A stretch of DNA of 24,000 bases from Chitinophagaceae bacterium (GTDB taxonomy: Bacteria; Bacteroidota; Bacteroidia; Chitinophagales; Chitinophagaceae), in NCBI GenBank assembly GCA_037200685.1, contig JBBCIG010000005.1, positions 126,769 through 150,768 of the forward strand. Reading direction: 5' to 3'. Positions 8,922 through 15,493 of the stretch are shown piece by piece. A program made the position numbers and the translations under genes. Below the pieces are notes generated by a model. It made no database searches. It worked only from the letters and a program-made list of their open reading frames with translations, and was not told the origin of the DNA. The number at the start of each line of letters is the position of its first letter. The first letter of the stretch is position 1.

Positions 8922-8988
8922 AGGGAGGATGCTGGTAGCAATGCAGCCGGGTTAATTAAAAAATGAAACAATAACTCGATCGCTGCTT

Positions 8989-10029
8989 TTATTTAGATTT
9001 TGAAAAAACACTTGCTTCTTTATCTAAGTCTGCGGCACCAGGGATGTTTCCATCATTCAATATTATTTTATAACGGAACGTTGCTGATTTGCCGGCATCA
9101 ATTGAAAAATTCAATTTGTCTTTGCCACCGCTTAATGCTTCCTGGCCAAGAGTATTTGCTGCGAATAATCCATAGCCACGGGCATGCCAGTAAGTGGGAT
9201 AACCGGGATTGGATGGATAATCAATGATTGCAATAGAGACAGGCGTTCCATTTTTCTTTCCATACATAAGGCACCATTTTCCTCTTGTACCCCAGGCATC
9301 GTTTCCGGTTTTGCCTTCACTGGTAAGAAAATTTCCGGTGACGCCTTCATTATTCAATGTAGGTACTGCTGTCGGGTTTCCCTGGGCATCCGTAAATATT
9401 TCTGGTTTATCGGTTGGTATTTCCAGTTCACGGCATACACGGATTCCCAACGTACCTTCTTTATTATCCTTGAGATTTACTTTTTCTTTTTGTGCAGTGA
9501 GAACGGAGCTGCGTTCGATGGTCCGTGTTCCTGCTTTCCCACTTATTATAAATGTGGTTACTTCCTTTAATAAAATGTTTCCTTTATAATCAACCCAGTC
9601 AGCGGCAACAACCAATGTTCCTTTATCCTTTCCATCTTCTGCTTTAATGATTTGCTGGTGGCGGATACTTCCATATTTAGGTTTGTCCACTTCTTTTATC
9701 GCATACGAATTATTCCAGAAGTCAAGGCCGTTCACATCTCCGTAATTAAACCACAAACCGATATGGTGAGGATGATCGGTTCTTTCATTGGGACGTGGGT
9801 TCAATGGAAAGCCGCGGGTCAGCGTAATATCGGAAGAAGTAATAAGTGGATATAAAACGGGCTTATCTATATTATCTGTATAGAGGTAAGAAGTAAACAA
9901 TTTTCCTCCTACCATAATATCTATCTTTTTCTCCTGTTCTTTTTTTATAAACTTAACGTTGTCCTGCGAGTTGGCAGTTGAAAAAAAGAATAGACTTGTG
10001 ACCAGGATACTATAACTTAAAATGCTCAT
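8989..10029 (-). CDS. PmoA-family protein (DUF6807), secreted
   Basis: The track ORF starts at a TTG (10050). ATG 10029 gives signal peptide MSILSYSILVTSLFFFSTANSQ. The hallmark motif is RTDHPHHIGLWFNYGDVNGLDFWN, with GYPTYWHARGYGLFAAN near the C-terminus. Confidence 0.8.
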   Translation of the reverse strand: MSILSYSILVTSLFFFSTANSQDNVKFIKKEQEKKIDIMVGGKLFTSYLYTDNIDKPVLYPLITSSDITLTRGFPLNPRPNERTDHPHHIGLWFNYGDVNGLDFWNNSYAIKEVDKPKYGSIRHQQIIKAEDGKDKGTLVVAADWVDYKGNILLKEVTTFIISGKAGTRTIERSSVLTAQKEKVNLKDNKEGTLGIRVCRELEIPTDKPEIFTDAQGNPTAVPTLNNEGVTGNFLTSEGKTGNDAWGTRGKWCLMYGKKNGTPVSIAIIDYPSNPGYPTYWHARGYGLFAANTLGQEALSGGKDKLNFSIDAGKSATFRYKIILNDGNIPGAADLDKEASVFSKSK

Positions 10030-10202
10030 CGTTATTTTTTTATAAGGCAAGTCTTCAAAATTGAAGGAGCAATAAATTTACAACAGCCTTATATATTTTG
10101 CTGATATTTTACCGAGAACGATTGCGGTAAAGTAGAATGATGCCCGTTACGCTTTGATATGGTACAATGGAGGGAGATATTTGAATGTAAAAATTGTGCA
10201 GA

Positions 10203-10433
10203 TCAGCTACGTCTTCTTTTTGTCTTGACCGGTTGTACAGAAGATTGCAATAATTGATACAACAGGCAAACTCCACCAATGGCAATAGAGACAAGACCTA
10301 CTTTAAGAAAGTTAGAGTAAGAATAATTAATATATTTTAAAAACAAACTGAATAGAAAAAAGGAGAAGCCGGTAACCAGAAAGAGGCCGGGCCAGGGAAA
10401 TTTTTCTTGTTCTTTTACATCAAAGTCTTTCAC
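10203..10433 (-). CDS. Possible small membrane protein (two TM helices)
   Basis: 76-aa ORF with a GTG start, two hydrophobic helices (GLFLVTGFSFFLFSLFL, VGLVSIAIGGVCLLYQLL) and a basic C-terminus (KTKRRRS). No family recognised. It overlaps the alternative ORF 10109..10294, which looks less protein-like. Confidence 0.35.
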   Translation of the reverse strand: MKDFDVKEQEKFPWPGLFLVTGFSFFLFSLFLKYINYSYSNFLKVGLVSIAIGGVCLLYQLLQSSVQPVKTKRRRS

Positions 10434-10451
10434 AGGGTATTATTTCCTGTA

Positions 10452-10470
10452 AAACGGATAAATTCTCCGT
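10452..10470. terminator. Weak hairpin downstream of the acidic-protein gene
   Basis: aacgga-taaattc-tccgtt is a 6-bp stem with a 7-nt loop. A short T-run follows on either strand (tttta on minus, atttttc on plus). Confidence 0.35.
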
Positions 10471-10549
10471 TGTATTTTTCAATGAAGCATGTATTTTGCT
10501 AATTAGTAGAATACACTTATCCCTCAATAGGATTAAAAACTAATTATAT

Positions 10550-10837
10550 TTATGCCTGGTCTTCTTCAAGGTTTTCATGGTTATCTCCACCGAGACTGTA
10601 ATAGTTATTTTCTTCATCTTCTTCCCCGATATCTTCATCTTTGTCATCAAGTTCTGAACCGGGTACATCAAGGTCATTTCCCGCTATTTTATCCTGTTTT
10701 TTCTGTTCTTCTTTTGCAAATTCTTCATCTTCTTTTAAAGGTTCTTTCTCTTCTTTATTATAAATGTCTTCACTCGCAGGATACTGCGGGTAACCCGGGA
10801 ATTTTTCATCGTCGGGTTTATTTTCTTTTTTAGCCAT
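10550..10837 (-). CDS. Highly acidic, low-complexity (intrinsically disordered, hydrophilin-like) protein
   Basis: 95-aa ORF with ATG at 10837, extremely rich in E/D/K and lacking hydrophobic segments (EKEPLKEDEEFAKEEQKKQDK..DDKDEDIGEEDEENNYYSLGGDNHENLEEDQA). It lies 70 nt downstream of the SemiSWEET gene on the same strand. The fully overlapping + strand ORF 10552..10833 is a low-complexity mirror artefact. Confidence 0.6.
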   Translation of the reverse strand: MAKKENKPDDEKFPGYPQYPASEDIYNKEEKEPLKEDEEFAKEEQKKQDKIAGNDLDVPGSELDDKDEDIGEEDEENNYYSLGGDNHENLEEDQA

Positions 10838-10907
10838 AAAATTTGTATTAGTTATAAATTATCATGCAATAGCAGTGCCGGAATATCTTTTACTCTTTTA
10901 CGTGAAG

Positions 10908-11171
10908 CTATCCTTTTTTATATTTTACAGAAAAGAAAATAATAACAAGGTTCACGAGAAAGGAAAAACTATTAAAGATAATGATCAGGATATCTTCTTT
11001 CAGCACACCATACCATGCCCAGCCACCGATACCGGTCATCAGGACAAATAACATCACATAAGAAATGTCATCTGCTTTCTTTTCTTTGATGATCTTGAAT
11101 AATTGTGGCAGCATCGACACGGATGTTAAAATACCCGCACCAATGCCAACATACTGGCTGATGTCACTCAT
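10908..11171 (-). CDS. SemiSWEET (PQ-loop / MtN3-type) three-helix transporter
   Basis: 87 aa with three TM helices and the PQ motif in TM1 (SVSMLPQLFKIIKEKK). It also has the conserved Trp (GGWAWYG) and Asn (IIFNSFS) positions typical of SemiSWEETs. The start codon lies 3 nt after the katE stop. Confidence 0.8.
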   Translation of the reverse strand: MSDISQYVGIGAGILTSVSMLPQLFKIIKEKKADDISYVMLFVLMTGIGGWAWYGVLKEDILIIIFNSFSFLVNLVIIFFSVKYKKG

Positions 11172-11174
11172 AGT

Positions 11175-13337
11175 TTAGGCAGGTACAAGTTTCATTGTTT
11201 CTCTTTCCCAAAAACGGTGTTGTGCGATCGCATCTATAAAAAGCTTGCTCAAGGACTTGTTCTTTGTCGGGTAAACAAAACCCGGCAGTTCTTTATTCTC
11301 TTCCAGCAAACTGCCAACACTTGTCTTGGCGATAAAAGCTTCCGCATCGATATCAACCGCTATCGCCTTACAATGTTTGTAAGCCTGGTCTACAAAATGG
11401 ATTGCATCCGCTTCATTCGACAACGTAGCGATACTATCCTTTCCACCGGGTACATAAACTGCATCATATAATACGGAAGCAACAGTGCGAAGGTTCTTGT
11501 CAACTTTGATCGTTACCCCTTTGCCTGCATTCAGCTCACCCAATTTTGGTGCAATGATCTCAACCACGGCTCCAGCATCCATTAATGCTTTTTTCATTTG
11601 ATTTACTGAACTTCCATTTACGCCATTCGCTGCGAGTATCGCTATCTTTCTTGTTGCGATGGAATCTTTAGGCGTATTGACCATACTCAATGCATCAGAA
11701 CTTTCAAGACCCTGGTCGACCATTTTTGGTTGAAACTTCGCCGGGTTCCCATCTGCAGGGATACTATGATTGATAGGTTGTCCTGGTTTTTTTGGAACAG
11801 CCAATCCAAGTTCATCGGCTACGTTTTTAGCAAGAGTAGCATCTACCTGGTTCAGCAGGCCCAGCATTCTTATTCTTATTTCAACACTTTCTACTTTACT
11901 TAATTCAAACCGCAAAGCATCCGTGAGGTGGTTCTTCTCCGGTTCGGATTGACTATTAAAAAATAATTTGGCCTGGCTAAAATGATCAAAGAAACTCTGG
12001 CTTCTTGCCCTTACCTTTTTTGCATCGATCCTTTCTGCATGAGAAGTAAAACCGCCTTCCGCCGCTTTTGCCTGAAACGGACAACCGCCGCCTAAACTAT
12101 TCGGGCTATAACTGGTGCGGTCTTTATTAATTTGTTGGCGCATGAGGCCATCACGCTGGTTATTATGTACGGTATTGATAGACCGGTTAATAGGAATTTC
12201 ATGAAAATTCGAGCCGCCTAACCTTGACAGTTGTGTATCCGTGTAAGAAAATAAGCGTCCTTGTAATAAAGGATCGTTAGTGAAATCGATACCGGGCACC
12301 AAATGACCGGGATGGAATGCGACTTGTTCGGTCTCTGCGAAAAAATTATCCGGATTGCGGTCGAGTGTCAATTTGCCGATTCGTTGAACCGGTACCAATT
12401 CTTCCGGTATCAGTTTAGTAGGATCAAGCAGGTCAAAAGGAAACTTATGTTCATCTTTTTCATCAACTACTTGTATTCCTAATTCCCATTCCGGGAAAGC
12501 GCCTGCTTCAATCGCATCATACAAATCACGGCGATGAAAGTCCGGATCTTTCCCGGAAATGATCGTTGCCTCATCCCAGGCTACTGAATGTACACCGAGC
12601 AAAGGTTTCCAATGAAATTTTACAAAGAAGGAGCGTCCCTGTTCATTGATGAACCGGAATGTATGAACACCAAATCCTTCCATCATGCGATAACTTCTTG
12701 GAATGGCACGGTCGCTCATCACCCACATGATCATGTGCATGGATTCCGGCATCAATGAAATAAAATCCCAGAATGTATCATGCGCAGATGCAGCCTGCGG
12801 TATTTCGTTATTCGGCTCCGGCTTTACGGCATGTATCAGGTCAGGGAATTTGATCGCATCCTGTATAAAGAATACAGGCATATTATTACCAACAAGATCA
12901 TAATTACCTTCTTCTGTATAAAATTTAACGGAGAAACCACGAACATCCCGGGCAAGATCTGTAGAGCCTCTTGATCCTGCCACTGTGGAGAAGCGAACGA
13001 ATACAGGTGTTCTTCTTTTTGGATCATTTAAAAATCCGGCCTTGGTATATTTTGCCATGGGCTCATACACCTGGAAGAAACCATGTGCAGCCGCACCACG
13101 AGCATGCACTATCCTTTCGGGGATACGTTCATGATCAAAGTGAGTAATTTTTTCCCGGAGAATAAAATCTTCTAACAGCGTTGCGCCCCGTTCACCTGCC
13201 TTTAAAGAGTTCTGATCATCATTGATCTTTAACCCCTGGTCGGTGGTCATGAATTCATTGACACTTGTCTCTGTATTAGGTGCGAGGTCAGCTGCTTTTG
13301 CATTTGTGTTTGCAGGTGATTTCTTTTTGGTGGCCAT
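11175..13337 (-). CDS. katE: Large-subunit (clade 2, HPII-type) monofunctional catalase with C-terminal DJ-1/PfpI-like domain
   Basis: 720 aa with the catalase proximal/distal signatures FDHERIPERIVHARGAAAHGFF and RLFSYTDTQLSRLGGSNF. The ~150-aa C-terminal flavodoxin/DJ-1-like extension (RKIAILAANGVNG...VYVPGG) is characteristic of HPII. Confidence 0.95.
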   Translation of the reverse strand: MATKKKSPANTNAKAADLAPNTETSVNEFMTTDQGLKINDDQNSLKAGERGATLLEDFILREKITHFDHERIPERIVHARGAAAHGFFQVYEPMAKYTKAGFLNDPKRRTPVFVRFSTVAGSRGSTDLARDVRGFSVKFYTEEGNYDLVGNNMPVFFIQDAIKFPDLIHAVKPEPNNEIPQAASAHDTFWDFISLMPESMHMIMWVMSDRAIPRSYRMMEGFGVHTFRFINEQGRSFFVKFHWKPLLGVHSVAWDEATIISGKDPDFHRRDLYDAIEAGAFPEWELGIQVVDEKDEHKFPFDLLDPTKLIPEELVPVQRIGKLTLDRNPDNFFAETEQVAFHPGHLVPGIDFTNDPLLQGRLFSYTDTQLSRLGGSNFHEIPINRSINTVHNNQRDGLMRQQINKDRTSYSPNSLGGGCPFQAKAAEGGFTSHAERIDAKKVRARSQSFFDHFSQAKLFFNSQSEPEKNHLTDALRFELSKVESVEIRIRMLGLLNQVDATLAKNVADELGLAVPKKPGQPINHSIPADGNPAKFQPKMVDQGLESSDALSMVNTPKDSIATRKIAILAANGVNGSSVNQMKKALMDAGAVVEIIAPKLGELNAGKGVTIKVDKNLRTVASVLYDAVYVPGGKDSIATLSNEADAIHFVDQAYKHCKAIAVDIDAEAFIAKTSVGSLLEENKELPGFVYPTKNKSLSKLFIDAIAQHRFWERETMKLVPA

Positions 13338-13879
13338 AAATTGGTTTTCTTAAAGATTGAAATAAGTATGCCAGAAAAAATGACGTCATATTTTTTTAAT
13401 ACTCATTTAGTGAAAATATTATACTGCTTAAGCATGTTTTGTTTAACCGTTCGCCGATGTTGGTTTTGGCAACTTTGAGTGACTTTTATTGTATGATACG
13501 TGAAGGTCTTGTGCTTGCAAAAACACCAACAAATGAATTAAGTATTCCAGAAATAGCCTTAAGGCACCCCCGCATGCAGGCATCTTCGCAAATGCCGATA
13601 CTTCGGCGTGATCAGTAAAGAACAGAATTCCCCATACTAATCGGGATGATGCATATATGCCGGATAGAATTAACGCAATAGAAGAGCGGCGCAATGAAAC
13701 TGATAATCTACAGGATGCTGCGTATAGCAATACAGTTGGTAGTAAAATAATTTCATTGCGAGTTACGATGCCAACCCCTTAGCAGCCTATGCAAGTTATA
13801 TCTATGATGATTTCATTCATTATTGTAGATCAGCTAATAAGAGCAACTGCTTTAAATATTTTTATGGCATTGTTCCGTT

Positions 13880-14236
13880 TTACATCGCTTGTTTATACCG
13901 GCCCAGCATTTCTTTTACTAAAACAGGATTAAACGGCTTTGCGAGATAATCCAGTTCAATCAATCTTGCCGCAATTCTATTTTCGGGAGTATCATTTATC
14001 GTCATTATTAAACAAACGCCCGATCCGATAGCAAAGTCAAGAAATTCAAAAGCGCCAGGTAATTCAAGATTAAAGATGACCAATTCGTGATTATGGTCCT
14101 TTAATAAGGTCATTGCGATGTCCATAGACTGAACGGTCTCAATAGTAGTTGCCTGAATGGTATCTTTTTTAATAAGCCGGATCAATTCGCCGGACGAAAT
14201 CAGCTCGTCCTCGACGATAAGAATTTTCGTTATCAT
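13880..14236 (-). CDS. Stand-alone response-regulator receiver domain with Asn in place of the phospho-acceptor Asp (pseudo-receiver)
   Basis: 118 aa. The receiver landmarks are present: ILIVEDE (acidic pocket), LIMTIND (Thr) and DYLAKPF (Lys). The expected DxxMP phosphorylation site reads HELVIFNLELPG. The codon is AAT, read on the minus strand at the plus-strand stretch ...attcaagattaaagatgac... No output domain follows. Confidence 0.8.
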   Translation of the reverse strand: MITKILIVEDELISSGELIRLIKKDTIQATTIETVQSMDIAMTLLKDHNHELVIFNLELPGAFEFLDFAIGSGVCLIMTINDTPENRIAARLIELDYLAKPFNPVLVKEMLGRYKQAM

Positions 14237-14307
14237 TGGTTTAACTTATTCAGACACAAAAGTATCTGCGAGTTTTAGGGCTATTCCTAGAATTGTATCC
14301 AAATTCT

Positions 14308-14334
14308 CTAGAATTATTTCGATTGTTTATGGCC
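14308..14334 (+). promoter_or_regulatory. Candidate regulatory motif (site S1: ctagaattATTTCGATTGTTTATgg) in the divergent REC/regulator intergenic region
   Basis: The core ATTTCGATTGTTTAT (14316..14330) recurs at 18743..18757 (ATTTCAATTGTTTAT, with a shared upstream tagaa), 18670..18684 (TTTTCGATTGTTATC), 14451..14465 (TTTTCGATGTTTGCT) and 19073..19087 (TTTTCGATTTGCTTT). It overlaps the inverted repeat aattct-ct-agaatt (14302..14315). Confidence 0.35.
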
Positions 14335-14569
14335 TACTTTTTTGTCATTTGGATTTATTCCCCAAAGCACTATATTTTTTTGCTGCTGCTGTGATTTTTC
14401 CAAATGAGTAAGACTTGTTCTCGACCTTTCTATTTGCAGAATTTAAATGATTTTCGATGTTTGCTAGATTATTTTCTATGGCGATATCAAAATATGTAGT
14501 ATAAATTTGCATATAGAACCAGATTAATTGTATTTCCTAATGTCCTTTACTAAATAACCATTAAACTCT

Positions 14570-15208
14570 ATGACTGAAACCAAGCCAATTACAATGGTCA
14601 TTGCCGATGATCATTCCATCATCCGGGTAGGAATAAAACTATTATTCCGGGCAAACCCGCTCATTACCATCTACGAAGCATCGAACGGCGACGAACTTTT
14701 TGAACAAATAAAAAAGTATTCTCCCGATATCGTACTACTTGATATTAACATGCCCAATACCAATTCGCAGACGCTTTTACAAACTATCTTAACCATTAAG
14801 CCCCAGTTGAGTGTGCTTGTTTTCTCTGTAAATAAGGAGGAAATTTATGGCAAGCTGTACCTGAAGCTCGGTGCGAGAGGTTACTTACAAAAAGATGCAC
14901 CGCCAGAGGATATCGTTAAAGCTGTCGACTGCATACTGGCGGGGAATGTGTATATACGCAAAGACAAACAGGATATGTATCTCGGTGGCGTAGGCGCCCG
15001 TGAATTCTCTCCTTATTTTGTTTTGAGCAAGAAAGAGATGGAAGTGCTTCCGTATTTGTCAAGTGGGGATTCAGTAATGAATATTGCAAGGAGCCTTAAC
15101 CTGAGCCCATCAACCATCGGTACCCATAAATCAAATATCTTCTCAAAGCTTCATATTACTAATATTATCGAGCTAAAAGAGCTGATTGCGCTGCATCCAC
15201 TGTCCTGA
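14570..15208 (+). CDS. NarL/FixJ-family response regulator (receiver + LuxR-type HTH)
   Basis: 212 aa. Receiver landmarks are VIADDH, DIVLLDINMP (phospho-acceptor Asp present) and GARGYLQKD. The C-terminal LuxR HTH reads LSKKEMEVLPYLSSGDSVMNIARSLNLSPSTIGTHKSNIFSKL. Confidence 0.9.
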   Translation: MTETKPITMVIADDHSIIRVGIKLLFRANPLITIYEASNGDELFEQIKKYSPDIVLLDINMPNTNSQTLLQTILTIKPQLSVLVFSVNKEEIYGKLYLKLGARGYLQKDAPPEDIVKAVDCILAGNVYIRKDKQDMYLGGVGAREFSPYFVLSKKEMEVLPYLSSGDSVMNIARSLNLSPSTIGTHKSNIFSKLHITNIIELKELIALHPLS

Positions 15209-15493
15209 TAGTAGTAATGTTGAGCCAGTAATTGCGAAATATTTAATCACAACCTATGAACGAACGTAGATTTATCCATGCGGTAAACAGCCGTACCTTA
15301 TTCATATTTGATGTATTTTCGGAAAACAGTAAGTTTTCGGAATATACAGACTATATACTTCTGTCTTATTCGGCGTTTTCAGGCAAGCGATCTGGAAAGC
15401 CGGGTACACAAGGCAGAATGATAATACATCGCGGAGTTCTTTCTATTTCTGCTGGCCTTTGAATCACCGTTGTATACCAGTAAACATTAAGCT

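Noticed and set aside
9000-9855. Track ORFs overlapping the PmoA-family gene (9000..9227, 9132..9350, 9184..9570, 9224..9589, 9652..9855)
   Set aside because: They are alternative-frame or antisense ORFs within a gene that carries a strong family hallmark (HPHHIGLWFNYGDVNG). There is no independent support.
10552-10833. 93-aa + strand ORF exactly antisense to the acidic protein gene
   Set aside because: It is a mirror ORF produced by GAA/GAT-rich low-complexity codons on the other strand. Its Leu/His/Phe-rich product is implausible, and the minus-strand frame has an ATG start and fits the operon context.
13380-13389. Perfect 10-bp palindrome atgacgtcat about 45 nt upstream of katE (candidate operator)
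   Set aside because: Roughly twenty perfect 10-bp palindromes are expected by chance in 24 kb. With no second copy or known matching regulator motif, there is not enough support to call it.
13443-13730. 95-aa minus-strand ORF
   Set aside because: It has a TTG start, unusual Arg/Ser/Leu/Cys-rich composition and no recognisable motif. It is treated as non-coding, and the region is flagged separately as unexplained.
15256-15462. 68-aa ORF in the regulator-kinase intergenic gap
   Set aside because: No family resemblance and odd composition. The region more likely holds the kinase promoter, including the TTTTCGGAA direct repeats noted under the motif finding.
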